Positions 9,081 to 18,788 of a DNA stretch of 64,000 nucleotides are shown here, piece after piece (positions within the stretch are counted from its first letter, which is position 1; every line of letters begins with the position of its first letter). The stretch comes from Verrucomicrobiota bacterium. Its GTDB lineage: Bacteria > Verrucomicrobiota > Verrucomicrobiia > Limisphaerales > JADLHS01. Both the position numbers and the translations under genes were made by a program. The stretch spans positions 58,936-122,935 of the forward strand of contig JASGKY010000036.1 of NCBI GenBank assembly GCA_049840435.1, written 5' to 3'. The notes beneath the pieces are model-generated. The model did not search any database. It saw only the letters and a list, made by a program, of their open reading frames with translations, and was not told the origin of the DNA.

Positions 9081-9231
9081 AACCGCGGATGGACACAGAT
9101 GAACATGGATGGGGAAAAGACCTTTGATACGAGTTTCGCGAATGCTCGCTGATGGGAGTCCGATTCGTGTTAGTTGGCGAAATTCGCGTCAGTCTGGTTT
9201 TATCCGTGTTTATCTGTGTCCATCCGTGGTT
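9081..9231. repeat. Nested imperfect inverted repeats (REP/MITE-like)
   Basis: AACCGCGGATGGACACAGATGAACATGGAT (9081-9110) versus ATCCGTGTTTATCTGTGTCCATCCGTGGTT (9202-9231), plus a weaker inner pair at about 9127-9154 and 9163-9190. Confidence 0.7.
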
Positions 9232-9242
9232 GAATCTGTCCC

Positions 9243-10004
9243 TCACAATCCAGTTGGATGGTCCAAGAAGGTCCACGGCACGCGGAATTTTTTGGAAAGA
9301 TGCGTGGCGATGGCTTTTACGCCGAAGGTTTCGGTGGCGTAATGGCCGCCATACAGGACGTTCAAGCCGAGTTCCTCCGCCAACGCGTAAGTCCAATGCG
9401 GGCCTTCGCCCGTGATGAAGGTGTCCACGCCGGCTGCTGCGGCAGTTTTTAGATCGCCGCCCGCGCCGCCGGTGACGATGCCGATGCGGCGGCACATCTT
9501 CGCGCCGCCGGGAATCAACTTAGGTTTTGTGCCGGTGGCACGAGCGAGGCGCGTGGCGAGTTCGTCACGAGAGATGTTCGCAACGGTTTGCAAGCCGATG
9601 GGCTGGCCGTGGCTGGGGAAAAATTGTGTTAGTTTTTTGAAGCCGAGCGCGGCAGCGAGTTGGGCGTTGTTGCCGAGCTTGGGGTGCGCGTCGAGCGGCA
9701 GGTGCGAACTGTAAACAGCAATGTTGTTCTCGATCAGCGCACGGAGGAGTTCGTATTTCTTGCCGGTCCACGGATGCGTGTGCGACCAGAACAAGCCGTG
9801 GTGCACGATGAGCAGGTCGGCCTTCGCTGCGATAGCAAGCTTCACCGTGGCGAGGCTGGCGTCCACCGTGGCGGCGAGGCGCGTCACGCTGCCAGAATTT
9901 TCCACCTGCAAGCCATTCGCCGCGCCGTCGTAGTCGCCAATTTCTGCAGTGCGGAGCAGGGTGTCGCAGTGTTTCACGAGGGCGGCGAGGGATGCTTTTG
10001 GCAT
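9243..10004 (-). CDS. Nif3-like dinuclear metal centre protein (YbgI / GTP cyclohydrolase I type 2 family)
   Basis: NGLQVE, VHHGLFW, SHLPLDAHP..GNN and GGHYATETFG motifs. Confidence 0.93.
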   Translation of the reverse strand: MPKASLAALVKHCDTLLRTAEIGDYDGAANGLQVENSGSVTRLAATVDASLATVKLAIAAKADLLIVHHGLFWSHTHPWTGKKYELLRALIENNIAVYSSHLPLDAHPKLGNNAQLAAALGFKKLTQFFPSHGQPIGLQTVANISRDELATRLARATGTKPKLIPGGAKMCRRIGIVTGGAGGDLKTAAAAGVDTFITGEGPHWTYALAEELGLNVLYGGHYATETFGVKAIATHLSKKFRVPWTFLDHPTGL

Positions 10005-10058
10005 GGCGAGATGAAAGCAGAAGCGGCGGCGGGTGAAAACTTTTTTGCGTATCGTTTA

Positions 10059-10086
10059 TTGCATTCTCCCGGCGACTTTTTATAGT
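10059..10086 (+). promoter_or_regulatory. Sigma70-like promoter of speA (TTGCAT-N16-TATAGT)
   Basis: Near-consensus hexamers 24 nt upstream of the ATG. Confidence 0.5.
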
Positions 10087-10110
10087 GCGCTCGGTTTGAA
10101 TCATAAATAG

Positions 10111-12051
10111 ATGAGCAATTCCTCCGACGCCACGCCGCAGTGGGACATTAACGCGGCGCGCAATCTCTACAACGTCCACCGCTGGGGTGCGAAATACTTC
10201 GACATCAATGAGGCGGGCAACGTCGTCGCCACCCCGCAGCAGGAAGCGGGCGCATCGGTGGTGATCGCCGATGTCATTGAGGAGGCGAAGAGTCGCGGCT
10301 TGAAGTTTCCGTTGCTCATCCGGTTTCAAGATATCCTCCGCCATCGCGTCGAGTCCATCAATCTGGCTTTCCGTAACTCTATCGCGGAATTCAATTATCA
10401 AGGCAAGTATCGCGGCGTGTTCCCGATCAAGGTGAACCAACTGCGCGAGGTCGTGGAAGAAATTCTCGATGCAGGCAAGACGTTCGAATTCGGTCTTGAA
10501 GTTGGCAGCAAACCGGAGCTGTTCGCCGGGCTCGCATTGCAAAATCAGATGGGCAGTCTGCTCGTCTGTAACGGATACAAGGACGCGGAGTTCATCAAGA
10601 TGGCGTTGCTTGGCACCAAGCTCGGCAAGCGCGTCATCATGGTGGTCGAGAAGCTCGAAGAGTTGCGCCAGATTATTGCAGTTTCGAAGCAGCTCGGGGT
10701 CGAGCCGCTGGTCGGCATCCGCGCGCGGTTGCTTAGCAAAGGCGCAGGCAAGTGGGCGGAGAGCGGCGGAGAGAACGCGAAGTTTGGTTTGAGCACGGCG
10801 GAGATCCTCGCGGCGACGGAGATGTTGAAGGCGGAGAATCTCGGGCATTGTCTGAAGCTGCTGCACTTCCACATCGGCTCGCAAGTGCCGGACATTTTGA
10901 CTGTGAAAAAAGCGGTGCAGGAAGCGGCGCGGTTCTACGCGAAGCTGCACAAGATGGGGTTTGCCATCGAGTTCATGGACGTCGGCGGCGGGTTGGGTGT
11001 GGATTACGACGGCAGCCGGTCGGCGTTCGACAGTTCGACCAACTACACGCTCCAAGAATACACGAACGACATCGTTTACTATGTCGCTGATGTCTGTAAC
11101 GCGGAGAAGGTGCCGCACCCCGATATCATCAGCGAGAGTGGGCGGGCCATTGTCGCGCATCACAGCGTGCTTGTGGTGGAAGTCTTTGGCGCCATCGGCA
11201 AGACCCATCCGGACATCAATTTTACCTACGGTGATAATGAGCAGTCCATCGTGCGGGAGTTGCTCGACATCAAAAAGAACCTTGCGAAGCTGAACAAGTT
11301 GGAAGCCTATCATGATGCACAAGAGCGGCGCGATGATGCGCAGCACATGTTCACGCTGGGGTTGATGGATTTGCCGGACAAGGCCAAGATCGAAAATCTC
11401 TATTGGGAAATCAGCGGCGCGGTGGTCGAGAGTTTCAAGGGGCAGGCTTATGTGCCCGAGGAAATCCGCAAGCTCGAGGACAGTCTCGGCGATCAATACC
11501 TCTGTAATTTCTCCGTGTTCCAATCGCTGCTGGATCACTGGGCGCTCGGGCAGTTATTCCCGATCATGCCGGTGAGCCGGTTGAACGAACGCCCCACGCG
11601 CGAGGCGACGCTGGTGGACATCACGTGCGATTCTGATGGTCAGATCAACAAGTTCATTGATCTGCGGGACGTGCGCGACACGTTGCCGTTGCACAAACTG
11701 AATTACAACGGCGACGGCAAACAAGAGTCTTACCACATCGGCTTCTTCCTGATGGGCGCGTATCAGGACATCATGGGCGACCTGCACAACTTGTTCGGGC
11801 GCGTGAACGAGGTCCATGTCTTCCTCGATCCCGATGAGCCGACCGGTTATTACGTCGAAGAAATCATTGAAGGCAGCACGATTATCCAGTGTCTCTCGTC
11901 GGTGCAATACGACGAATACGAACTCAAGCGCCGCATGAAGGCGCAGATGGACGACGCTATCAAATCCGACCGTATGAAACCTAGCGAAGCGATGCGGCTT
12001 TTGGACGATTACGAACGCGGGCTAAAGGCCTACACCTATCTTTCTTTCTGA
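10111..12051 (+). CDS. speA: Biosynthetic arginine decarboxylase
   Basis: PIKVNQ (PLP lysine), GLEVGSKPEL, HFHIGSQ, DVGGGLGVDYDGS, DITCDSDG and GAYQDIMGDLHNLFG motifs. Confidence 0.97.
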   Translation: MSNSSDATPQWDINAARNLYNVHRWGAKYFDINEAGNVVATPQQEAGASVVIADVIEEAKSRGLKFPLLIRFQDILRHRVESINLAFRNSIAEFNYQGKYRGVFPIKVNQLREVVEEILDAGKTFEFGLEVGSKPELFAGLALQNQMGSLLVCNGYKDAEFIKMALLGTKLGKRVIMVVEKLEELRQIIAVSKQLGVEPLVGIRARLLSKGAGKWAESGGENAKFGLSTAEILAATEMLKAENLGHCLKLLHFHIGSQVPDILTVKKAVQEAARFYAKLHKMGFAIEFMDVGGGLGVDYDGSRSAFDSSTNYTLQEYTNDIVYYVADVCNAEKVPHPDIISESGRAIVAHHSVLVVEVFGAIGKTHPDINFTYGDNEQSIVRELLDIKKNLAKLNKLEAYHDAQERRDDAQHMFTLGLMDLPDKAKIENLYWEISGAVVESFKGQAYVPEEIRKLEDSLGDQYLCNFSVFQSLLDHWALGQLFPIMPVSRLNERPTREATLVDITCDSDGQINKFIDLRDVRDTLPLHKLNYNGDGKQESYHIGFFLMGAYQDIMGDLHNLFGRVNEVHVFLDPDEPTGYYVEEIIEGSTIIQCLSSVQYDEYELKRRMKAQMDDAIKSDRMKPSEAMRLLDDYERGLKAYTYLSF

Positions 12052-12081
12052 AGGATGAGTGGAGAAGGATGAGTGGAGAAG
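12050..12081 (+). repeat. Short tandem duplication (GAAGGATGAGTGGA x2)
   Basis: gaaggatgagtgga-gaaggatgagtgga-gaag immediately after the speA stop. Confidence 0.6.
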
Positions 12082-12138
12082 TGGTGTCCGGTGCGGTGCA
12101 CGCTTGTTTCTTCATGCTAATTCATAATTCTTTCTTCA

Positions 12139-12822
12139 ATGTCTGACACGCCTCCCAATCCCGAATTGCTCCGCGCGCTGGGTAAGCTCGTGCGCGGGCT
12201 CTCGGCATTGTTCTGGGGATTGCCGGCGGCGTTGATTGTCGGTTTCGGCACGGCGATGCTTGGTTGGTTTCACGCGCTTAGCATCGGGCCGATTCTGGTG
12301 GCGACGGGATTGTTGCTCTACGGCTTGTGGCAGCTCGGGGCGTTTCAAAAGCAGGAGCGCCCGTGGCGACTCGCGTTGGATCGGGCGCGACTGCTGGCGC
12401 TGATCAACTTTGGCTTGAGCCCGTTTTTATTTTGGTGGAATCGGATGCCGGAAAATTCCTTCTTCTCCATCGTCGTCAGTCTGCTGACCGTGACGGGGCT
12501 GGTGTTTTTGTTCAACCTCAACCTCGTCATCGCGCGCCTCGGCGAAATGTTGCCGGACGAAATGCTGCGTCAGGAAACCCGGCAGTTCACCGCCATCAAC
12601 CGCGTCTTGCTCGTGGTGCTCGCGGCGTTGCTGGCGACGTATCTGTTTTTGTTGCAGTTGCCGAGTCTGCCGCCGACGTTGCTGATCCTGTTGGCCGGGG
12701 CGCAACGCTTCAGTCAATCGCTGCTTCTGTTGCTCGTCTTGCTGCCGCTCTCGCTGACCATGGCGCTGCTGTGGAAGACCAAGGAAGTCATCATGGACAG
12801 CGTCTTTCACCATCCGCGTTGA
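12139..12822 (+). CDS. Polytopic membrane protein of unknown function
   Basis: 227 aa with about 6 hydrophobic helices. Confidence 0.8.
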   Translation: MSDTPPNPELLRALGKLVRGLSALFWGLPAALIVGFGTAMLGWFHALSIGPILVATGLLLYGLWQLGAFQKQERPWRLALDRARLLALINFGLSPFLFWWNRMPENSFFSIVVSLLTVTGLVFLFNLNLVIARLGEMLPDEMLRQETRQFTAINRVLLVVLAALLATYLFLLQLPSLPPTLLILLAGAQRFSQSLLLLLVLLPLSLTMALLWKTKEVIMDSVFHHPR

Positions 12823-12979
12823 CCGGGCAAATCCTGCCGTCGCGCGCCTCTCGCACTCGGAAATAATTTCCCTAAAGGAGTATTCCTCGCCTTTCCGTGC
12901 CTGCCGTTACCCTGGCAAAATTGGGCTTCTGGCGTTCGGCATCACCGTTGCTATGGAGGCGGCGGTCACTGGACCAAAT

Positions 12980-13621
12980 ATGTATATTCGTAATCTGACT
13001 CAGACCTTGATTCGTTTTGTTGTGCTGTTGCTTGCGGGTGTTTTTGCCACCTTTGCCACGGAAGCCTCGCTGCTGAAACCCGGCACGAAAACCGCGCTGT
13101 ATTCAGCGCATGAGCCGCAGGGCGCGCATCTGCTCGCGGTGACGAACTTCAATTTTTCCTCCGCTAATCTGACCGGTAACTTGCAGAGCAAGGTCTGGGC
13201 GGATGATGAATCAAATCCCTTCGGCGGCCTCACCTTCAGCTATCGCTTGGTCAACACGGGCGAGTGCGAAGATTTTCTCGGCTGGTTTTCCCTGAGCGGC
13301 TTTGCCGGACTGGGAGTGGATGTGAACTTCTTTGGCGGCGGCGTGGCCCCCCTCACGGCGATGCGCTCGGCTTCGGGTGACATGGTATCATTTGGCTTCT
13401 TCGATCGTGAGGCAGACAAAATTTTTGAACCTGGCAACAGCAGCGCGTGGTTGATCATTCAGACCAGCGCTCACACTTGGGGCGTGAATTCCTTTGTCGG
13501 CGTGGATGCGGAGACGGTGACAGCGGCGGCGTTTGCGCCGGTGACTGTGCCGGAGCCGACGACGGTTGCGTTTGCAGCTTTGCTCGGAGCGGTGTTGTTG
13601 GCGCGTCGCAAGGGCGCTTGA
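12980..13621 (+). CDS. PEP-CTERM sorting-domain protein
   Basis: Signal peptide. C-terminus VPEPTTVAFAALLGAVLLARRKGA. Confidence 0.85.
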   Translation: MYIRNLTQTLIRFVVLLLAGVFATFATEASLLKPGTKTALYSAHEPQGAHLLAVTNFNFSSANLTGNLQSKVWADDESNPFGGLTFSYRLVNTGECEDFLGWFSLSGFAGLGVDVNFFGGGVAPLTAMRSASGDMVSFGFFDREADKIFEPGNSSAWLIIQTSAHTWGVNSFVGVDAETVTAAAFAPVTVPEPTTVAFAALLGAVLLARRKGA

Positions 13622-13627
13622 GCAGCT

Positions 13628-14734
13628 TCAATTCACCAGTTCATACCAGTTGTTACGCTGGTGCGGTTCGTAGCCGAGGTCTTTGATGAGGCGATGCATG
13701 TCCGGCACGGTCATGCGGAACGTTGTGCCGGCCTGGGAAACCACGTTCTCCTCGATCATGATGCTGCCGAGATCGTTCGCACCGTATTTCAAGCCAACCT
13801 GACCAATCTCCAATCCCTGCGTGACCCACGAGCTCTGGATGTTTTCGAAGTTGTCGAGATAGATGCGGCCGAGCGCTTGCGTGCGCAAGTATTCATGTGC
13901 GCCGACGGTGGGCGCGCGCAATTTGGTGTGTTCCGCTTGAAACGTCCAACAGATGAACGCGGTGAAATGTCCTTTGCCGTAGCTGAGCGACTTGTCCTGT
14001 TGCGCGCGGAGTCGTTCCAAATGCTCGATGCGATCATCCATCGTCTCGACGTGGCCGAACATCATCGTGGCACTAGAATAAAGTCCGAGCCGATGCGCGA
14101 CGTCCATGACTTCGAGCCAGTCATCGCTCATCGCCTTGAGCGGAGAAATGCGCTGCCGCACGCGGTCCACGAGGATTTCACCACCACCGCCCGGGATTGA
14201 GCCCAAGCCCGCGGCTTTGAAATCACCGATGATTTTTTCCAACGGTTCATTAAACACCTCGCGGAAATGGACGAACTCGCTCGGGCTGAAACCGTGGATG
14301 TTGAAGTTCGGAAACTTGCCCTTCACGTGCGATAGCAAATCGAGATACCACTGCTTTGTGAGCTTGGGATGGTGGCCGCCTTGCATCAACATCTGATTGC
14401 CGCCGAGCGCGATGGTCTCCTCAATCTTCTGATCCATTTCGTCGAAGGTGATGACGTAGGAATCAGTGTCCTTCTCGGTGCGATAAAACGCGCAGAACTT
14501 GCAATAGACATTGCAGACGTTCGTGTAGTTGACGTTGCGATCCACGTTGTAGGTGACGATTTCATTGCCACGATTGCCGTAAGCCTTGGCCTTGGCCAGT
14601 TGGCGGCGATGATCCGCCAGCGCGCCGAGTTCTTCGAGCGGCAGGGTGGACAGGCGCTTGGCCTCGGCGGCGTTGATGCGTTGGCCGTCCCAGACCTTCT
14701 GGAGCAATTCGTCGAGTGACGCGTCGTAAATCAC
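13628..14734 (-). CDS. mqnC: Cyclic dehypoxanthine futalosine synthase (radical SAM, menaquinone futalosine pathway)
   Basis: DRNVNYTNVCNVYCKFCAF, MQGGHHP, PGGGGEIL, ATMMFGHVE, QSSWVTQG and GANDLGSIMIEENVV motifs. Confidence 0.9.
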   Translation of the reverse strand: MIYDASLDELLQKVWDGQRINAAEAKRLSTLPLEELGALADHRRQLAKAKAYGNRGNEIVTYNVDRNVNYTNVCNVYCKFCAFYRTEKDTDSYVITFDEMDQKIEETIALGGNQMLMQGGHHPKLTKQWYLDLLSHVKGKFPNFNIHGFSPSEFVHFREVFNEPLEKIIGDFKAAGLGSIPGGGGEILVDRVRQRISPLKAMSDDWLEVMDVAHRLGLYSSATMMFGHVETMDDRIEHLERLRAQQDKSLSYGKGHFTAFICWTFQAEHTKLRAPTVGAHEYLRTQALGRIYLDNFENIQSSWVTQGLEIGQVGLKYGANDLGSIMIEENVVSQAGTTFRMTVPDMHRLIKDLGYEPHQRNNWYELVN

Positions 14735-14775
14735 AGGCTGAGTTTAGCCGGAGAGCCGAGGGGGGACAAGCCGGT

Positions 14776-14852
14776 GCTCTTCGTCTTGGTCGTAATCTTT
14801 TTCTTAATCTGCCGCCCGGCAGGATTAAGATTATGAAAAAGAGCGGGATTAG
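14776..14852. repeat. Palindromic REP-like element
   Basis: TCTTAATCTGCCG-cc-CGGCAGGATTAAGA core with imperfect TAATC/GATTA extensions, between divergent mqnC and xdh. Confidence 0.55.
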
Positions 14853-14921
14853 GGCCGGACACACATATTCGCGGCATTGCAACGGGGCGCGCGGCGGTTA
14901 TGCTTTCTTTAGTTTTAACTT

Positions 14922-16445
14922 ATGGCCAGTGCGTTTGAATTCACCCTGAATGGCCGATCCGTCTGCGTCGCGGACGTTTCTCCCAACACGACCCTGCTCG
15001 AATATCTCCGCAACTCCGGTCTCACCGGCTCCAAGGAAGGTTGCGCGGAAGGTGATTGCGGCGCGTGCTCCGTTGCCATCATCGAACGCGGTTTGGACGG
15101 CAAGCCCACATATCGTGCGGTGAACAGTTGCATCATGCCGGTCTGTCTCGTGGCGGGGCGCGAAGTCGTGACGGTGGAAGGCGTCGGTTGTTCCGCCAAG
15201 CCACATCCCGTGCAGCAGAAGATGGTCGAGCATCTCGGCTCACAATGCGGCTATTGCACGCCGGGTTTTATCTGCTCGATGTTTGAAGGCTATTATCGCG
15301 GTGATCTCCATACCCACGACGCGCTTGATGAGCAGCTCGCTGGGAATCTGTGTCGCTGCACCGGCTATCGGCCAATCCGCGACGCGGCGGTGGAGGCCCT
15401 GGCGCAACGTGGCGCGCACAATGGTGACGATACGTTTGCGGCCGTCTTAAAGACTGCGAAACCCAAATTGGGGGCGGTGAATTACGAAGTTGAGGGCGAA
15501 AAGTTTCTGCGCCCCGCCACGCTCGCGAAGTTGCTGCAAATGATGGCAGCGCATCCTGACGCGCGATTGGTTGCCGGGGCAACGGAACTCGGCCTCGAAA
15601 TCACCAAGCGTTACAAAAAGTTTCCCGTGCTCATTTCCACCGAGGCCGTGACAGAGTTGCGGCAGCTCAAAGTCATTGCAGCGGATTGGCATATTGGCGC
15701 GGCGGTCACGTTGACGGCCATTGAAGACAAGCTGGGCAAAGAGTTTCCGATGCTCGGCGACATGTTGCGGGTGTTTGGTTCGCGACAGATCCGCAATCGC
15801 GCCACGATGGGTGGCAATATTGTGACCGCTTCACCCATCGGCGACAGCGCGCCATGTCTGCTGGCACTCGATGCAAAGGTCGTGTTGGCTTCGGCGGCGG
15901 GTGAGCGCACCCTGCCGGTTAACGAATTCTTTGTCGCCTATCGCAAGACGGCGTTGCAGCCCGGGGAAGTGCTCAAGACGATCATCATTCCGCGCGGCGT
16001 CTCGACGGCCGGGCTCACGCGCAAGACGGCGTGGTTCAAGGTTTCCAAACGGCGCGAGATGGACATCAGCACGGTGGCGGGGGCGTTCGTCGTGGATGTG
16101 GACGGACAGAATATCATCCGGCACGCGCGATTGGGGTATGGTGGCGTGGCGGCGTTGCCATCGCGCGCGAAGCAGACCGAGGCGCAATTGTTGGGTAAAC
16201 CGTGGAGTGCCGAGACAGGTCAAACGGTGTTGCCGGTTCTGCGCGCCGAATTCGCGCCGATCTCTGACGTGCGGGGCACGGCGGAATATCGGAGCGGTTT
16301 GATCGTCGAGTCTGCTGGAGAAGTTTTTTGCGGGAGAAATGGATGGAGGCGTTCACATCGCCGCGCAACTCGGGCTGACGAAGGATCAAAAGGCCGCGCT
16401 GCAATCGATCCCGCACGAAAGCGCGCACAAACACGTCACCGGTGA
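14922..16445 (+). CDS. xdhA: Xanthine dehydrogenase 2Fe-2S/FAD portion (probably fused to XdhB; frameshift near 16306)
   Basis: GSKEGCAEGDCGACS, GSQCGYCTPGF, GNLCRCTGYRPI, QIRNRATMGGN and KVSKRREMDIS motifs. Confidence 0.93.
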   Translation: MASAFEFTLNGRSVCVADVSPNTTLLEYLRNSGLTGSKEGCAEGDCGACSVAIIERGLDGKPTYRAVNSCIMPVCLVAGREVVTVEGVGCSAKPHPVQQKMVEHLGSQCGYCTPGFICSMFEGYYRGDLHTHDALDEQLAGNLCRCTGYRPIRDAAVEALAQRGAHNGDDTFAAVLKTAKPKLGAVNYEVEGEKFLRPATLAKLLQMMAAHPDARLVAGATELGLEITKRYKKFPVLISTEAVTELRQLKVIAADWHIGAAVTLTAIEDKLGKEFPMLGDMLRVFGSRQIRNRATMGGNIVTASPIGDSAPCLLALDAKVVLASAAGERTLPVNEFFVAYRKTALQPGEVLKTIIIPRGVSTAGLTRKTAWFKVSKRREMDISTVAGAFVVDVDGQNIIRHARLGYGGVAALPSRAKQTEAQLLGKPWSAETGQTVLPVLRAEFAPISDVRGTAEYRSGLIVESAGEVFCGRNGWRRSHRRATRADEGSKGRAAIDPARKRAQTRHR

Positions 16446-18732
16446 GGCGAGCTATGTGGACGACCAGACGTGTGGCAAAAACTTTCTCGAAGTCTGGCCA
16501 GTCTGCTCACCACACGCGCACGCGAGAATTCTCAAGCGCGACGCTACCGCTGCCCGCCAGATGCCCGGCATCAAAGCCGTGTTGCTCGCCGAGGATGTGC
16601 CGGGTCGCAACGACGTCGGAGCGGTGAAGCAGGACGAAATCTTGCTCGCGGACAAAGAGGTGCTGTTCCACGGCCATCTGGTGGCACTGGTTGTGGGTGA
16701 TTCGGCGGAGGCCTGTCGCGCGGCGGCGGAGAAAGTCGTTGTGGAATATGAGCCGCTCGCGCCGGTGCTCACGTTGCGCGAGGCGCTCGCGAAGAACAGT
16801 TTCCACAACGAACCCAATTTCATCCGGCGTGGCGATGCGGAACAAAGCCTGGTGGCTGCACCACTAACGCTGGAAGGCGAGTTCGAGTTCGGTGGGCAGG
16901 AACATTTTTATCTGGAGACGCAGGCGGCCTGGGCTGAGCGGGGTGAGGATGGTTCAGTTCATGTCGTTTCTTCGACGCAGCATCCGAGCGAAGTGCAGCA
17001 AATCGTTTCACATGTGCTCCATCTGCCGGCGAACAAGGTCGTGGTGCAGATGCCGCGCATGGGTGGCGGTTTCGGCGGCAAGGAAACTCAAGCCGCTACG
17101 CCGGCGGCGCTGGCGGCACTGGCGGCGTTTCACACCGGACGCCCGGTGCGCGTGCGGTTCAATCGCGATCAGGACATGATGCTTACCGGGCATCGGCATC
17201 CGTTTCTGGCGAAGTTCAAAGTCGGCTTTGACGCGGATGGCAGGCTGCGCGCCGTGCGGGCACATCTGTGGTCGAACGGCGGTTGGTCGCAGGATTTGTC
17301 GCAGGCGGTGACGGACCGGGCGCTTTTTCACTTGGACAACAGCTACTACATTCCGGCCGTGGAGTTTCGTGGGCAGGTGGCGAAGACGCATCTGTCCTCA
17401 AACACGGCTTTCCGCGGGTTTGGCGGGCCGCAGGGGATGCTGGTGATCGAGGAAATTTTGGATCGCGTGGCACGTCCGCTTGGGTTGCCGCCGGAAGTGA
17501 TACGGGAACGGAATCTGTATCACGGCGCGGGCGAAACGAACACGACACACTACGGTCAGCTCATCGAAGACAATCGCATCCAGACGATCTGGCACGAGTT
17601 GAAGCAGTCGGCAGGGCTCGAGAAACGCCGGAAGGAAATCGCGGGGTGGAATGCCGCGCATCCGCATCGCAAGCGCGGCCTGGCGATGACGCCGGTGAAG
17701 TTCGGCATCAGCTTCACGGTCACGCATCTGAACCAGGCGGGCGCGCTGGTGCTGATATATCAGGACGGCACGGTGCAGGTGAACCACGGCGGCACGGAGA
17801 TGGGGCAGGGGTTGCACACGAACGTGGCGATGATCGCCGCGCAAACGCTAGGGGTGAAGCTGGCGGATATTCGCGTAATGCCGACGAGCACAGATAAAGT
17901 GCCGAACACTTCGGCCACGGCGGCGAGCGCCGGCACGGACCTGAATGGTGCGGCGGCGAAGAACGCGTGTGAGATTTTGCGAGGCCGGTTGCTGCCGGTT
18001 GCGCAGGCATTGCTGAAGGAAAAGCTCGGGAGTGAACCCCGGCTGGAGAACATTTCATTCGCCGCTGGTGAAGTGTTTGATACGACGGCGCCGCAGACGA
18101 AGCTGATGTTTGCACAAGTTGCGCAGAAGGCGTATTTCAGCCGCGTCAGTCTTTCGGCGACGGGTTATTACGCGACTCCGGGGATTCATTGGGACCGGGT
18201 GGCAGGGCGCGGGAAGCCGTTTCATTACTTCGCTTACGGCGCGGCAGTGACGGAGGTGGAAGTGGATGGTTTCACCGGAATGCAACAGGTCACGCGTGTG
18301 GACATCTTGCATGACGTCGGCAGTTCGGTGAATGACGCCATCAATCGCGGTCAGATTGAGGGTGGCTTTGTGCAAGGCATGGGCTGGCTGACGGCGGAGG
18401 AGTTGTTGTGGAATGACAAGGGCGTGAAGCTGACTCACTCGCCGGACACTTACAAAATTCCCGCGATCGGCGATGCGCCGAAAGTTTTCAACGTTACGCT
18501 CTTACCGAACGCGGCGCAGCAGAACGTGGTGCATGGCAGCAAAGCAGTGGGCGAACCGCCGTTCATGCTGGCGATCTCCGTGCGCGAGGCGATTCGCGAT
18601 GCGGTGGCAGCGTTTGGAGCTGGTAAAGGAGAGGTGGCATTGGCGTCACCGGCGACGTGTGAGGCGATCTGGCGGGCGATTCAAAAGATAAAAGCGCCGC
18701 CACTCCAAGCCCTAACTCCGGTGCGATCCTAA
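16339..18732 (+). CDS. xdhB: Xanthine dehydrogenase molybdopterin-binding portion
   Basis: HESAHKHVTGEA, GGQEHFYLE, RMGGGFGGKETQ, TAFRGFGGPQG, GQIEGGFVQG and SKAVGEPP motifs. Confidence 0.95.
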   Translation: MDGGVHIAAQLGLTKDQKAALQSIPHESAHKHVTGEASYVDDQTCGKNFLEVWPVCSPHAHARILKRDATAARQMPGIKAVLLAEDVPGRNDVGAVKQDEILLADKEVLFHGHLVALVVGDSAEACRAAAEKVVVEYEPLAPVLTLREALAKNSFHNEPNFIRRGDAEQSLVAAPLTLEGEFEFGGQEHFYLETQAAWAERGEDGSVHVVSSTQHPSEVQQIVSHVLHLPANKVVVQMPRMGGGFGGKETQAATPAALAALAAFHTGRPVRVRFNRDQDMMLTGHRHPFLAKFKVGFDADGRLRAVRAHLWSNGGWSQDLSQAVTDRALFHLDNSYYIPAVEFRGQVAKTHLSSNTAFRGFGGPQGMLVIEEILDRVARPLGLPPEVIRERNLYHGAGETNTTHYGQLIEDNRIQTIWHELKQSAGLEKRRKEIAGWNAAHPHRKRGLAMTPVKFGISFTVTHLNQAGALVLIYQDGTVQVNHGGTEMGQGLHTNVAMIAAQTLGVKLADIRVMPTSTDKVPNTSATAASAGTDLNGAAAKNACEILRGRLLPVAQALLKEKLGSEPRLENISFAAGEVFDTTAPQTKLMFAQVAQKAYFSRVSLSATGYYATPGIHWDRVAGRGKPFHYFAYGAAVTEVEVDGFTGMQQVTRVDILHDVGSSVNDAINRGQIEGGFVQGMGWLTAEELLWNDKGVKLTHSPDTYKIPAIGDAPKVFNVTLLPNAAQQNVVHGSKAVGEPPFMLAISVREAIRDAVAAFGAGKGEVALASPATCEAIWRAIQKIKAPPLQALTPVRS

Positions 18733-18788
18733 ATCTCCAGTGTCAGGCCAGCGTTGCAGAAGTTGGTGACAGTTTATTGTTTTGCGCT

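Noticed and set aside
9565-11538. 657-aa antisense ORF over speA/Nif3, and similar long antisense ORFs over glgA, glgB, GH57 and mqnC
   Set aside because: These are shadow ORFs of high-GC coding strands with no recognisable motifs.
12050-12081. Direct repeat as a CRISPR remnant
   Set aside because: Only two adjacent 14-bp copies, with no spacers and no cas genes.
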